This document shows, in pieces, positions 9,754 through 21,711 of a stretch of DNA of 64,000 bases. The first letter of the stretch is position 1; every line of letters starts with the position of its first letter. The DNA lies in contig CAWDWO010000020.1 in assembly GCA_963806035.1 (NCBI GenBank), positions 1 through 64,000 of the forward strand, given 5' to 3'. Under the pieces are notes generated by a model. It did not search any database and was not told where the DNA came from. It worked only from the letters and a program-made list of their open reading frames with translations. The position numbers and the translations under genes were made by a program. This stretch comes from Candidatus Krumholzibacteriota bacterium. GTDB lineage: Bacteria; Krumholzibacteriota; Krumholzibacteriia; JAJRXK01.

Positions 9754-12237
9754 ATGCGCCGCATGCTCCTCCTCACGATTTTCGTCTTCGGATGGACCGT
9801 CCTGCCCCACGGGTCCGTCGCACCCGCGATCGCTCAGAGCGGGCACCGGCCCTTTCCCGCCGTGGTGGGCGCAAAACTGCGCTTTTTGCGCGACGAGATG
9901 CAACGCGGCAAGGCGCCCGTAGCGGCGGATCCTCTGCTGGGGGTGACGATCCGATTCGACGAACCCCCCTCGCTCGCGCTGCTGCGCGAAGTCCGGCGCG
10001 CGGGCGCACACTTCTATGAGGCGCCAGCCACAAGGGCGAAATCTCCCTCCGCACGCGGAGTCGTCGCAGGTCCGGAGGGTTCCATCCTGGGCGGCATCAG
10101 CGTCGTCCCCGCACGCATCAGGCTCTCCGAGCTGGAGACGATCAGCGCGATCGATGGTGTGATGCGCGTGGAGACTGCGTGGACGCCGCGGCGCATGCCG
10201 CCCCTCTACGAGACGAGAACTCTGAGCGGGGTGGATGGAGCGTGGAAGGTCGTCGATCCCAACGGAGCATTCCTCGATGGCAGCGGAGTGCTGTTGGCGG
10301 ATCTCGACACCGGGGTCGACCTCAGCCATCCCGATTTCTGGCGCGGCGACGGCGGCGACTACTCCTTCCTCGATGTGGATTCGAGCGGTGATCTGAGCGA
10401 GGGCGACGCCGTCGATCTGAACCACAACGGACTGGCGGACCCCGGCGAAACCCTGCGCTGGTGGAACGCTCCCGGCAACGCGCCCGGGCTCGACAGCAGC
10501 CTGCAACTGCAGATCGACCATCTCTATCAGGACGCCAACGACAACCATCAGCGCGATTTCGGCGCGCCCACTTTTTCCGACAGCGATCCCTGCTTCGGCG
10601 AGGCCCTGTTTCGCCCCAACGACACAAACGGCGACGGAATTCTCCAAACCAACGAGACCGTGACCATGCTCTCGAGCTGCAAGGTGAAAGCGATCTGGGA
10701 GCGCGACAATACGATCCGCACTCTCGGAGTCGATCTCATCGAGAGCGAAGGGGACAGCTACGGTCACGGAACGAACGTGGCCAGCATCCTCCTGGGAGGA
10801 GCGAAGGGGCGCGTCTACGCGGGCTTCGCTCCGGGGGCTGAGCTGATCGACGCCAATCTGGACTACTCCCCCGAGCATCCTTTCGTCACGCCCCTGGACG
10901 TGCGCATGAGCTGGGCCGCGGCCGAGGGCGCGGACATCTTCGTCTACGAAGACGGGGAGTGGATCTGGGAATTTCTGGACGGTTCGTCCAACGTCGAAAT
11001 TCTCATGAACGAGCTCGCGGCCGAGGGCAGCATCCACGTTGCGGCGGCGGGAAATTTGGCGACGGGCCACATGCACTGGGAAGGAGACCTGGGGAGCGCG
11101 GTGGGCGACAGCCTCGAGAGCCTCCTCACCGTCAACTCCCCCAGCACGGCGGACGTGGGCGTGGTCTGGGGTGATTTCTATTTCGTTCAGCTCGAGGGGG
11201 ACTCGGTCGAGTTCTTTTGCGAGCCTCCCTCGGGCCCCGCGTTCAAGCTGGGTGGAGTGGGAGGAACGACGAGTGCGGGAAACTTCAGCATCTACAGCGC
11301 CGAGGATCTGAGCCCGCGCGGCACGCGCCGCGTCGACTTCCGCCTGGAGGCCATCAACAAGGGCGTGGTGGGCACCAAAGCTCTGGACGGGAGCTGGCGC
11401 TTCGTGGCGCGACGAGTCGAGGCGAACGCGCCTTCGCAGTCCACACGCCTGAACGCCATGTGCTGGGACAATCTCTCGGGTTGGTACGGTTTCTCCACCT
11501 GGCAGAACGCCCTCAACACGGGCACCGTGACCTGGCCGGGAACCGCGGACTCCTCGATCACCGTCGCCGCCTACAGTCCACAGAACGGCGGCATCAATAC
11601 CTTCAGCGGCCGCGGCAAACGCGTGGACGGAGTTTCCGTCGTCGACCTCGCGGCCCCGGGAAGCACCACCTATACCGGAGAACGTTCGCAAAACGACGCG
11701 GGGATCCCGGGTGGCTACGGATCCTTCGGCGGAACCAGTGCGGCGACCCCCCACGTGGCCGGCGCGGCGGCGCTCCTGAAACAGTGGGATCCCAGCCTCA
11801 CATCGGGCGAGATGCGCGCCCTGCTGCGGGGAGGGGCTCGGCTCGATTCCTTCACGGGCTCCTCGCCCAACGACACCTGGGGCGCCGGGAAACTGAACGT
11901 CTACGAGAGTATGCTCACCCGCGCGACCGCGGCCCCGATGGCCATCCCCGCCGCGCTGCGTGGACCGCGGATCCAGGCCAACGTTCCCAATCCTTTCAAT
12001 CCATCCACGCTCATCCGCTACGAACTTTTGTCCGCCGGTCGGGTAAGAGTAGAGATCCTGGACCTGAAGGGGCGGCGCGTGGCGCTGTTGCGCGAGGAGT
12101 TCGAAGCGGCCGGGCCCCACGAGCTGCGTTGGAACGGGCGCGACGGCGCGGGGATCTCCCTGGCCAGCGGCATCTACCTCGTGCGGGTGCAGGAGAATGG
12201 GCAGGTGGCGGCACGCAAAGTCACTCTCTTGAAATAG
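9754..12237 (+). CDS. Exported S8 (subtilase) serine peptidase with inserted domains and C-terminal FlgD-Ig tail
   Basis: Signal peptide; triad DLDTG / HGTNVA / GTSAATPHVAG; oxyanion AAAGN; C-terminal [14 protein letters not shown]...WNGRD..G...ASGIY. Confidence 0.88.
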   Translation: MRRMLLLTIFVFGWTVLPHGSVAPAIAQSGHRPFPAVVGAKLRFLRDEMQRGKAPVAADPLLGVTIRFDEPPSLALLREVRRAGAHFYEAPATRAKSPSARGVVAGPEGSILGGISVVPARIRLSELETISAIDGVMRVETAWTPRRMPPLYETRTLSGVDGAWKVVDPNGAFLDGSGVLLADLDTGVDLSHPDFWRGDGGDYSFLDVDSSGDLSEGDAVDLNHNGLADPGETLRWWNAPGNAPGLDSSLQLQIDHLYQDANDNHQRDFGAPTFSDSDPCFGEALFRPNDTNGDGILQTNETVTMLSSCKVKAIWERDNTIRTLGVDLIESEGDSYGHGTNVASILLGGAKGRVYAGFAPGAELIDANLDYSPEHPFVTPLDVRMSWAAAEGADIFVYEDGEWIWEFLDGSSNVEILMNELAAEGSIHVAAAGNLATGHMHWEGDLGSAVGDSLESLLTVNSPSTADVGVVWGDFYFVQLEGDSVEFFCEPPSGPAFKLGGVGGTTSAGNFSIYSAEDLSPRGTRRVDFRLEAINKGVVGTKALDGSWRFVARRVEANAPSQSTRLNAMCWDNLSGWYGFSTWQNALNTGTVTWPGTADSSITVAAYSPQNGGINTFSGRGKRVDGVSVVDLAAPGSTTYTGERSQNDAGIPGGYGSFGGTSAATPHVAGAAALLKQWDPSLTSGEMRALLRGGARLDSFTGSSPNDTWGAGKLNVYESMLTRATAAPMAIPAALRGPRIQANVPNPFNPSTLIRYELLSAGRVRVEILDLKGRRVALLREEFEAAGPHELRWNGRDGAGISLASGIYLVRVQENGQVAARKVTLLK

Positions 12238-12312
12238 TGCGGAAGCGATTGAACTCTGGACCTGAATGGCTTCCCTGGTACACTGAGCAAGAACGGAATC
12301 GGTGAAGGAAGA

Positions 12313-12672
12313 ATGAGCATGCAAATCAACCAACGTCGAGTCGGCGAGGTCACGGTCCTCGAGCTCTCTCCCGCCCACACGGGAGATTTTTCCAACGAGC
12401 TGTTTCGCCCCCAGATCGAGAGCGTGCTCGCCGAAGGGGCGCGCCGCATTCTCTTCGACCTTTCGCGAATGAGCTGGATCAACAGCACCCAGCTCGGACT
12501 ACTCATCTTCGCCCACCGGCTGATGGATGAGCAGAAGGGCAAGACGGCGCTGGTGGGAGCCAACGAGCGAGTTCGTGATCTGATGAAGGTGGTGGGAGTG
12601 CTCAGCTCCTGGCATCTCTACGAGAGCGAAGAAGCGGCCCTGGATTTTCTGCAGCAAGACCAGAAGGCCTGA
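12313..12672 (+). CDS. STAS-domain anti-sigma-factor antagonist
   Basis: ILFDLSRMSWINSTQLGLL (STAS phospho-Ser region); 119 aa; RBS AAGGA. Confidence 0.85.
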   Translation: MSMQINQRRVGEVTVLELSPAHTGDFSNELFRPQIESVLAEGARRILFDLSRMSWINSTQLGLLIFAHRLMDEQKGKTALVGANERVRDLMKVVGVLSSWHLYESEEAALDFLQQDQKA

Positions 12673-12690
12673 TCCCACCCGGCATTCCTA

Positions 12691-13173
12691 CTACTTGATC
12701 AATTTGCGCAACTTGGACGCGATGCGCTTGCCGAGCTGTTCGTCCATGGTCGCAACGATGCTCCGCACCAATTGCAGCCCATCCTCTTCGCCCGCCCAGT
12801 GTTCCTGGATGACCTCCTCCCCCACGCTCTCCACCAGCTTGTCGATGGCGAGGGCCGCGAAGGCGACGTCGTCGATGAAGCCGAGAGGACCGAAGATGGC
12901 TTCGGGCATGAGATCGATGGGAGAGATGAAATACGCGACGACCGCGCCGAGGGTAATCTTGCTCTTGGCCGGAGTTCGCGGGTCAGTGAGAAGCTTGCAG
13001 CAGAGATGAAAGAGATCGGGCGCCGCGAGCACGAGGGAAGCGGCTTTGGTCGTCTTGAGGTCCCGGCTCGCGGCCCATTCGCTCACCCAAGCGCGCAGTT
13101 TCTGGTAAAAATCGCGCTGCTGGCTTTCGCTGGGAACCTCTTTCACTGGATCGTTTGCCGCCGTGTCACTCAC
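12691..13173 (-). CDS. YkvA/DUF1232 family membrane protein
   Basis: DPRTP...AYFISPIDLMPE..GPLGFIDD signature. Confidence 0.85.
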   Translation of the reverse strand: MSDTAANDPVKEVPSESQQRDFYQKLRAWVSEWAASRDLKTTKAASLVLAAPDLFHLCCKLLTDPRTPAKSKITLGAVVAYFISPIDLMPEAIFGPLGFIDDVAFAALAIDKLVESVGEEVIQEHWAGEEDGLQLVRSIVATMDEQLGKRIASKLRKLIK

Positions 13174-13811
13174 TCCTCGTTGGCGCCCCAGCGGGTCTGC
13201 AATTCACAGGGAATTTCGAGTTGGTCGCAGATGCGCTGCACCACGAAGTCGACGAGATCGCTGATCTTCCGCGGTTGCTGATAGAAACCCGGCGACGCGG
13301 GCATGATCGTGGCGCCGGCGCGGGCGAGATGACGCATGTTTTCCAGGTGAACGAGGCTGTAGGGCGTTTCCCGCACGAGCAGGAGCAGCCGGCGTCTCTC
13401 CTTGAGCATCACGTCCGCGGCGCGCGCGGTGAGACCGTCGCTGGTGCCCGCCGCGATGCGCCCCAGAGTTCCCGTCGAACAGGGTACGATGGCCATGCCG
13501 CGGTAGCGCGCGCTGCCACTGGCCATGGGGGCGTTGAAGTCGTTTCTCTCGAAACGATGCAAGCGGCCCGGAGCTTTGGCCGAGAGCTGCTGAAGTACGT
13601 CCTCCAGCGGCTCGGACAGCTCGAGGCGGCACACGCTGTCGGCATGGGGTGAGCACACCAGGTGGACGTCGATCCCCTGCGCGAGCACCACCTGCAAGAG
13701 CCGCCGCCAGTAGGGCGCCCCACTGGCTCCGGTGATGGCCAGGGCCAGGGGGAGCTCGGTCGAGGCATTTTCATTCCGCGCCACGAATTGCTCCTCGGTG
13801 GAACGAATCAC
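13170..13811 (-). CDS. ubiX: Flavin prenyltransferase
   Basis: AITGASGA, ASGS, PCSTGTL, RAADVMLKERR, RETP, PASPGFY. Confidence 0.92.
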   Translation of the reverse strand: MIRSTEEQFVARNENASTELPLALAITGASGAPYWRRLLQVVLAQGIDVHLVCSPHADSVCRLELSEPLEDVLQQLSAKAPGRLHRFERNDFNAPMASGSARYRGMAIVPCSTGTLGRIAAGTSDGLTARAADVMLKERRRLLLLVRETPYSLVHLENMRHLARAGATIMPASPGFYQQPRKISDLVDFVVQRICDQLEIPCELQTRWGANEE

Positions 13812-15100
13812 TCAGCCAAAAGAGCGAAGCTCTTCTCGGCCGCGTCGAGGGTCTTTGCGATCTCCGCCTCGCGGTGGGCGAGACTCAAGAACCAAGCCTC
13901 GTAAGGAGAGGGCGCCAGATACACGCCCTGCTCCAGCATGGCCGCATGGAAACGATAGAAACGATCCGTGGCCGCTGCCTGCGCATCCTCGAAATTGCGC
14001 ACCGGAGTCGAACTGAAGTACATGCCCGCCATGCTTCCCACGTGGGGAGTCTGAATCGCGATCCCGTGCTCGGCGGCCCTCTCCCTGAGCCCCTTGGTGA
14101 GGCGGTCGTTCATGTCCGAGAGCTTCTTGAAGTTCTCGGGATCGCGGTACAACACCTCCAGGGTCTTCAAGCCAGCGCTCACCGCCAGAGGATTCCCGCT
14201 GAGGGTTCCCGCCTGGTACACCGGACCACTGGGACTCACCATTTTCATGTATTCGCGCTTGCCACCGTAGGCCCCCACCGGCAGGCCGCCTCCAATCACC
14301 TTGCCCAGAGTGGTGAGGTCCGGCTCGACATCGAATGTTCCCTGCGCACACTTGGGTCCCACACGGAAACCGGTCATGACTTCGTCGAAGATGAGTAGCG
14401 CGCCGGATTCGTCGCAGATCTTGCGCAGCCCCGGTAAAAACTCCGGCTCGGGCAGAACGCAGCCCATGTTTCCCGCCACCGGCTCCACGATGATGGCCGC
14501 GATTTGGCCTTCGTTGGCCGCGAAAAGCTCGCGGACCTGCTCGAGTTCGTTGTACGCGCAGGTCAAAGTATCCTGGGCCGCTCCCTTGGGCACGCCCGGT
14601 GAGCTCGGAGTGCCAAAGGTCGCTAGTCCGCTGCCGGCGGAAATGAGAAAACTATCCGCGTGTCCGTGATAACAACCGACGAACTTGAGAAACTTGTCGC
14701 GTTTGGTCAGTCCCCTGGCCAGGCGCACCGCGCTCATCGTGGCTTCCGTGCCGCTGTTCACCAGGCGCACCATTTCCATGGAAGGGAGCAGAGCGCAGAT
14801 TCGTTCGGCCAGTTCCACTTCAATGGCGGTGGGAGCGCCGAAACTCGTGCCGTTGGCCGCGGTATGTCGCAACGCTTCGATCACTTCCGGATGCGCGTGC
14901 CCCAAAATGAGGGGTCCCCAGCTGCAGATGTAGTCGATGAAGCGGTTACCGTCCTCGTCGTACATGTAGGCGCCCTTGCCCTTGGTGATGAATGGAGCAT
15001 CACACTGGGCCGCGCTGAACGCCCGCACGGGAGAATTCACGCCGCCCGGGATGACCTTGGCTGCGCGAACGAGGAGCTCGCGGCTGAGGGATTGATCCAT
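13808..15100 (-). CDS. hemL: Glutamate-1-semialdehyde 2,1-aminomutase
   Basis: IPGGVNSPVRAF, SGTEATMSA, DEVMTGFR, GKVIGGGLPVG, YQAGTLSGNP. Confidence 0.96.
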   Translation of the reverse strand: MDQSLSRELLVRAAKVIPGGVNSPVRAFSAAQCDAPFITKGKGAYMYDEDGNRFIDYICSWGPLILGHAHPEVIEALRHTAANGTSFGAPTAIEVELAERICALLPSMEMVRLVNSGTEATMSAVRLARGLTKRDKFLKFVGCYHGHADSFLISAGSGLATFGTPSSPGVPKGAAQDTLTCAYNELEQVRELFAANEGQIAAIIVEPVAGNMGCVLPEPEFLPGLRKICDESGALLIFDEVMTGFRVGPKCAQGTFDVEPDLTTLGKVIGGGLPVGAYGGKREYMKMVSPSGPVYQAGTLSGNPLAVSAGLKTLEVLYRDPENFKKLSDMNDRLTKGLRERAAEHGIAIQTPHVGSMAGMYFSSTPVRNFEDAQAAATDRFYRFHAAMLEQGVYLAPSPYEAWFLSLAHREAEIAKTLDAAEKSFALLAE

Positions 15101-15104
15101 TTCC

Positions 15105-16079
15105 CTATTCCTTCCGCAAAATCTTGGCGGCTTCGATTGCCGCGTAAGTGAGAATGAGGTCCGCACCGGCGCGAACGAAGCTGGTCAGCGTCTCCATGAG
15201 CACCTTGTCGTAATCGACCCAGCCATTTTGGGCGGCCGCCTTGAGCATCGCGTACTCGCCGCTGACGTGGTAAACCGCAGTGGGCATCTCGAAGCGATCC
15301 TTCACCCGGCTGAGAACGTCGAGATAGGGAAGCCCCGGTTTGACCATCACGATGTCGGCGCCCTCGGCGATGTCCAACTCGACTTCGCGCAGGGCCTCGC
15401 GTCCGTTCGCGGGATCCATCTGATAGCTCTTACGATCGCCAAATTGAGGCGGGCTCTCCGCCGCGTCGCGGAAGGGACCGTAGTAGCCGCTGGCGAACTT
15501 TGCCGCGTAAGCCATGATGGGAATGTGGCCAAAGCCCTCGTCGTCGAGGAGCTCGCGAATCACTCCCACGCGCCCGTCCATCATGTCACTCGGCGCCACC
15601 ATGTCGGCTCCGGCCCTGGCGTGACTCAGTGCCTCTTTGGCCAAGAGCTCCAGTGTCCTGTCGTTGTCCACGTCGCCGTCGACGATCACTCCGCAATGTC
15701 CGTGGTCGGTGTACTCGCACATACAGACGTCGGTGATCACCATCATCTCGGGCAGACGTTCCTTGAGCGCCCGGATCGCCTGCTGGATGATTCCATCCTC
15801 GGCGTAGGCCTCACTGCCCATGGGGTCCTTGTGGCTGGGAATTCCGAAGAGGATGGTCGAGACCACGCCCACGTCGGCAGCCTGCGAGAGCTTTTCCACC
15901 AGCTTGTCGATCGAAAGTTGGCTCTGACCCGGCATCGACTTGATGGGATGATCGATACCTTCGCCGGGCACGACGAATACAGGATAGATGAGCTGCTCCG
16001 GCCGTAGATGACTCTCGCGAACCATTGCTCTGAGTTGAGGGGTGCGTCGCAGGCGGCGCATGCGTTGTTCGGGAAACAT
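15105..16079 (-). CDS. hemB: Porphobilinogen synthase (Zn type)
   Basis: [46 protein letters not shown]. Confidence 0.96.
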   Translation of the reverse strand: MFPEQRMRRLRRTPQLRAMVRESHLRPEQLIYPVFVVPGEGIDHPIKSMPGQSQLSIDKLVEKLSQAADVGVVSTILFGIPSHKDPMGSEAYAEDGIIQQAIRALKERLPEMMVITDVCMCEYTDHGHCGVIVDGDVDNDRTLELLAKEALSHARAGADMVAPSDMMDGRVGVIRELLDDEGFGHIPIMAYAAKFASGYYGPFRDAAESPPQFGDRKSYQMDPANGREALREVELDIAEGADIVMVKPGLPYLDVLSRVKDRFEMPTAVYHVSGEYAMLKAAAQNGWVDYDKVLMETLTSFVRAGADLILTYAAIEAAKILRKE

Positions 16080-16115
16080 CGGCACTCCTTTTGTCCATTG
16101 CCCAGCCGGCGGCAC

Positions 16116-17135
16116 TCAGTGTGCGTCGTCCGCGCTGTTCTTGGCGGCGTCCACGATGGCGGCGCCGCCCTGAGAGAGTAGATCCGCGGCCACTTCCTGA
16201 CCCAGCTCATACGCGAGCTGCAGGGTGGCGGTGTCATCCTCATCCTTCGAGGAAGCGACGGAGATCCGATTTTCGGAACTCAACATCACGCTCCCGTCCG
16301 GCTTGCCCAGGCGGGCCCTCAGCCACAGCTCACCCGCGTCTTCCATGCAGAATCCGGCCAGGGGCACGACGCAACCGCCGGCCACGCCCGCGAGCAGCGC
16401 GCGCTCCGCCGTGGCACGCCGGCGGCTGGAGAGGTCGTTCAAGGGCGCCACCAGTTTCTGCGCCGGATCGTTCGCGCGGACTTCCAGTCCCAAGATTCCC
16501 TGCCCCACCGCGGGAAGCAAGATCTCCGGTTCCAGGAGTTCGCTCACCCGGTCGAGCCAGCCCAAGCGCTTCACTCCGGCCACCGCCAGCACCATGGCGT
16601 CGAACTGGCCCTCTTCGAATTTGCGCCAGCGCGTGTTCACGTTGCCCCTCAGCTCCATCATCGACAGGTCCGGCCGCTGCCGAAGCAGCTGACTGCGCCG
16701 GCGCAAACTTCCCGTCGCCACGCGCGCGCCTTCGGGAAGCTCCTTCAACGAGAGTCCCTCGCGGTGGAACCAGGCGTCACGCGGGTCTTCGCGCGGTGAG
16801 TAAGCCGCCAGAACGCATCCTTCCGCCAGGAGCGCGGGAACGTCTTTCAGGGAATGCACTGCCACGTCGATCGCGCCCGAGAGAAGATTCTGCTCGAGAG
16901 TGTGCGTGAAGAGGCCGATCTGTCCGATCCGCTCCAGCGGAGTCGTGATGTCCTGGTCTCCCTTGGTCGAGACCTCCACGATCTCCACCTGTAGAGTGGG
17001 CCACGCTTCGAGCAGCCGCTCGCGCGTCCAGCGCGCCTGCCACAGTGCGAGCTCACTGCCGCGAGTGCCCAAGCGGACCGAACTCATGGGTGGATTGTGC
17101 GGATCGCGATTCGATTTCGTCTGCGAATTCAGCAT
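16116..17135 (-). CDS. hemC: Hydroxymethylbilane synthase
   Basis: GTRGSELALWQA, AVHSLKDVP, TGSLRR, LRGNVNTR, GGCVVP. Confidence 0.95.
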   Translation of the reverse strand: MLNSQTKSNRDPHNPPMSSVRLGTRGSELALWQARWTRERLLEAWPTLQVEIVEVSTKGDQDITTPLERIGQIGLFTHTLEQNLLSGAIDVAVHSLKDVPALLAEGCVLAAYSPREDPRDAWFHREGLSLKELPEGARVATGSLRRRSQLLRQRPDLSMMELRGNVNTRWRKFEEGQFDAMVLAVAGVKRLGWLDRVSELLEPEILLPAVGQGILGLEVRANDPAQKLVAPLNDLSSRRRATAERALLAGVAGGCVVPLAGFCMEDAGELWLRARLGKPDGSVMLSSENRISVASSKDEDDTATLQLAYELGQEVAADLLSQGGAAIVDAAKNSADDAH

Positions 17136-18577
17136 GGAGCCTCCTCGAGTCCGGGGGCTGCGAGCAGATATTCCGTCACGCTACGGCCGATCTCTTCGGA
17201 ATGGGCCACGCACGAGTTGAAGGCGATGCCACAGATGCTGTTTCCCGTCAAAAAGATGCCGGGAAAGCTCTTCAGGGCGTCGCGCGCGCTCGAAATTCGC
17301 GTCAAGTGTCCCATCTCGTACTGCGGGATCCCTTCGTTCCAGCGGAAGTTCTGCTGGAATACGGGCTCTCCTTCGATTCGCAAGAGCGGCGAGAGCTCGG
17401 CGCGCACCAGCTGGCGCAGTTCTTCATCTCCGAGCTCGTTGGCGCGCGGGTCGTGGCGGCCGCCCACCATCGCGCGCAGCAAAACTCGATCGGAAGGAGC
17501 GTGCCCGGCGAAGGTTGCGTGCACGTAGAGTACACCCAAAGTTCGCAGCCCCTCACTGCGGGGAATGAGCGCACCGAAACCCCTCACGTCACCACCGATC
17601 TGCGCCTGCTGGTAAGCCAAACAGACAACGTGGACCCCCGCCAGCGCGACTTGCGAAAGTGGAGCTGCGGCGGCGGGAACCATCGAATCCAGAATCTGCG
17701 CCATGCCGGGAGCGGGGCAGGCCAGGACCACCGCGTCGGCATCGAGGGTGGAGCTTTCGCCCAAGGAGTCGCTCAGAAAAACGCGAAATCCTCGCTCGAG
17801 TTTCTCGATTTTGCTCACGCGCGTGGCCGCGCGCAGCGCGTCCTTCGCGAGACTCTCCGTGAGCGCTTCGATGGGCACCGCCATGCCGCGATCGAAGGAG
17901 TGAAGAACTCCGGAAGGCCCCGCCTCCACTCTGCGCGCGGCGCCGGTGGCCTTGGCTTCGCGCTTGGCCTCCTTGCGCTTTTGGATCATGCCCTTGAAGA
18001 GGCCTCCGTAGTCGCGTTCCAGGGCGGCGATCTTGGGAAAGGCCGCAGGCAGAGAGAGCCGCGAGATGTCTCCGGCGTGGATGCCACTGACCATGGAGTC
18101 GAGCATGATCTCGGTGAATTCGCGGCCCAGGCGCCTCTCCCCGAAGGCGCGCACCGATTCCTCGTCACCCTCGCGACGAGCGGGGCGGAAGAACTCGCCC
18201 ATCACCGAGAATTTTCCCGGCCAGGAGAGAAGTGGCGAGGCCATAAATTTCAGCGGATTGGTCGAGAGTTCGTGAAAGCGCTGGTGGCGCAAAATGAAAC
18301 GGCGCGCCGCCGCCTCCTCGCTGGGCAAGAGCCGCGAACGCAAACCGAGATCCTCCACCAGGCGCAGGGTGGCGGGTTCGTTGTCCAAGAAGCCCTGGGG
18401 TCCCGCTTCGCACACGTAGCCCTCGCTGCGGAGGGTCTGCACTTTGCCTCCCATCCTGGTGCCGGTTTCCACCAGCGTGAGCGCGAGCGGCAGGCGGGTG
18501 GAATCCGCCTGCTGGCGTATGCGGTAGGCACTCGCCAGCCCCGAGATCCCGCCTCCCACTACGACCACACGCTTCAT
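17129..18577 (-). CDS. hemG: Protoporphyrinogen/coproporphyrinogen oxidase (HemY/HemG FAD type)
   Basis: VVGGGISGL Rossmann motif, EAGPQGF, GFGALIP, IPQYEMGH; lies in the hem operon. Confidence 0.9.
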   Translation of the reverse strand: MKRVVVVGGGISGLASAYRIRQQADSTRLPLALTLVETGTRMGGKVQTLRSEGYVCEAGPQGFLDNEPATLRLVEDLGLRSRLLPSEEAAARRFILRHQRFHELSTNPLKFMASPLLSWPGKFSVMGEFFRPARREGDEESVRAFGERRLGREFTEIMLDSMVSGIHAGDISRLSLPAAFPKIAALERDYGGLFKGMIQKRKEAKREAKATGAARRVEAGPSGVLHSFDRGMAVPIEALTESLAKDALRAATRVSKIEKLERGFRVFLSDSLGESSTLDADAVVLACPAPGMAQILDSMVPAAAAPLSQVALAGVHVVCLAYQQAQIGGDVRGFGALIPRSEGLRTLGVLYVHATFAGHAPSDRVLLRAMVGGRHDPRANELGDEELRQLVRAELSPLLRIEGEPVFQQNFRWNEGIPQYEMGHLTRISSARDALKSFPGIFLTGNSICGIAFNSCVAHSEEIGRSVTEYLLAAPGLEEAPC

Positions 18578-18635
18578 GAAGGAAAACTCCCGGAAAAATC
18601 AGCGGAAGAAACGCTCTCCCGCGCAAAATTCTGCC

Positions 18636-19692
<1,057 letters not shown>

Positions 19693-19826
19693 GAGAGGCC
19701 TTCCGCGGCAAGGGGGGGAATGGAAGTGCAAGCTTAGGCGGCGGTCGCAGCACGGGCAAGGAGCCACCGGAGGAAAGCCCGAATGTGCTAAACTTGGGTT
19801 TTTCGCAGCTTCGAGAAAGGACTCCC

Positions 19827-21638
19827 ATGGCTCCCCGACTCTCCCGCTCTTTGCTCCGCGGCCTCCTCGCCGGACTGCTGAGCGTTTCGGCTTGGATCGT
19901 CTTCCTCGTGCCCGCGGCCTCGGCCGGCGCCCTCCCCATCACCCCCGACGGACAGTTTGACGACTGGACCTCCGCCGCGCAGGAGAGCCTCGACCCCGCT
20001 GGAGACGGCGGCGGCAGCGGGATCGACTTCACCCACCTGGAGATTGCCCACGACCAGGACTGGGTGTTCTTGCGCTTTGACACCACGGTCGAGGTGCAGC
20101 CGGACGAGCAGCAGGACATCCGCTTCTATCTGGACACGGACATGAACGCGGCCACCGGATACTCCATCAACGGAATCGGCGCCGACCTGGTGTGGGAGCT
20201 GGGGCAGAGGAGCGGAACCTTCTACACGCCCTCGCCGCAGAGCATCGATCATCCCGACATCGGTCTTGTGATCGCCCCCACCGTCAGCGCGAACGAGTTC
20301 GAGCTGGCGCTGCGACGCGATGCGGTGCCGGCCGGCGGTCAGCCGCTGTTCCCGGGGAATGATTTCCGCATGGTGATCACGGACAACGCGTCAGGCGGCG
20401 ATCGCCTCCCCGACAGCGGCAGCGTGAGCTACACCCTGGATGCCACGAGCTTCCCCATCGCCTCCGTGCCCCTCGAACAGAGCGGCTCGAGCATCCGCGT
20501 CGCCGGCTACAACGTGCAAAGCGACGGACTCTTCGACACGGGCAGCGCGCATCAGACCGCCCTGGAAAAGATCTTCTCCACCGTCGACGCCCAGGTCTGG
20601 GTGATCTGCGAGGTCTGGAACCATACCGCGGAAGAAGTGCGTCAGGTGGTGGAAGGGTACCTGCCCAGCGCAGGCGGCGAGAACTGGTACGCAGTGAAGC
20701 TGGACAGCGGCAACGTCATCGTGAGCCGTTTCCCCATCCTTCTGTCCTGGGAGGTTTCGCCCGGCGACCGTATCACGGCGGCCCTTCTGGACGTGAGGCC
20801 TACCTGGGACAGCGACCTCATGATCATTGCCAATCACTGGAGCTGCTGCACCGCCGACGCCAACCGCCAGCAGCAGGCCGATGCGACGGTGGCCTTCCTG
20901 CGCGATGCCATGACCTCCGGTGGCAATTTCACCCTGGCTGAGGGCACGCCGGTGATCCTGGCCGGTGATTTCAACCTGGTGGGCTGGCGGCAACAGCTCG
21001 ACACCCTGGTGTCGGGCGACATCCAGGACGAGGGGAGCTACGGCAGCGACTTCGCGCCCGATTGGGGCAACGGTCCCCTCAGCTACGCGCTCTCGCGCCA
21101 CCCCGACGCGCGCATGGTCTACACCTGGCGGCAGGACTCGAGCAGCTTCTACCCCGGAATGCTCGACTATCTCTTCTACACCCCCAGCGCCGTCGTCCTC
21201 GATCACGGATTCGTGCTGGAGACGCGCACCATGACGAGCACGACTCTGGCCAACTACGGGCTCTCCGCGAACACCACCCCCGACGCGAGCGACCACGCGC
21301 CGCGCGTGGGAGACTTCGTGCTCAACGGCGTTACCGCGACACCGCCCGCGCTCGCCCGCGGCGTGAGACTGCTCCCCAACGTGCCCAATCCCTTCAACCC
21401 GCGCACCACGCTGCGCTTCGCGTTGAGCCGCGCCGAACACCTGCGGCTTTTGATCGTCGATCCGAAGGGACGGCGGGTGCGCACCCTGGCGGATGCGAGC
21501 TTCTCGGCCGGCAATCACGAGATCGTGTGGAACGGCACGGATGACGGCGGGCGCGCCGTGGCTTCCGGGGTCTACCGCATGGTGCTGCTCGGCGCGGATG
21601 GGAGCTCGCAGTCGCGGCCCTTGGTGCTGGTGCGCTGA
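19827..21638 (+). CDS. Exported endonuclease/exonuclease/phosphatase-family protein with N-terminal beta domain and FlgD-Ig tail
   Basis: Signal peptide; YNVQ, ICE, AGDFN, LDY, SDH (EEP motifs); C-terminal [11 protein letters not shown]...WNGTD..G..VASGVY. Confidence 0.82.
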   Translation: MAPRLSRSLLRGLLAGLLSVSAWIVFLVPAASAGALPITPDGQFDDWTSAAQESLDPAGDGGGSGIDFTHLEIAHDQDWVFLRFDTTVEVQPDEQQDIRFYLDTDMNAATGYSINGIGADLVWELGQRSGTFYTPSPQSIDHPDIGLVIAPTVSANEFELALRRDAVPAGGQPLFPGNDFRMVITDNASGGDRLPDSGSVSYTLDATSFPIASVPLEQSGSSIRVAGYNVQSDGLFDTGSAHQTALEKIFSTVDAQVWVICEVWNHTAEEVRQVVEGYLPSAGGENWYAVKLDSGNVIVSRFPILLSWEVSPGDRITAALLDVRPTWDSDLMIIANHWSCCTADANRQQQADATVAFLRDAMTSGGNFTLAEGTPVILAGDFNLVGWRQQLDTLVSGDIQDEGSYGSDFAPDWGNGPLSYALSRHPDARMVYTWRQDSSSFYPGMLDYLFYTPSAVVLDHGFVLETRTMTSTTLANYGLSANTTPDASDHAPRVGDFVLNGVTATPPALARGVRLLPNVPNPFNPRTTLRFALSRAEHLRLLIVDPKGRRVRTLADASFSAGNHEIVWNGTDDGGRAVASGVYRMVLLGADGSSQSRPLVLVR

Positions 21639-21711
21639 GAGAGCGCGCACTTAGGTCTTGATGGATTCGGAGTGGCGGTACGCGCGCCGTATGCGGTGCA
21701 GGCAGCTCGGC

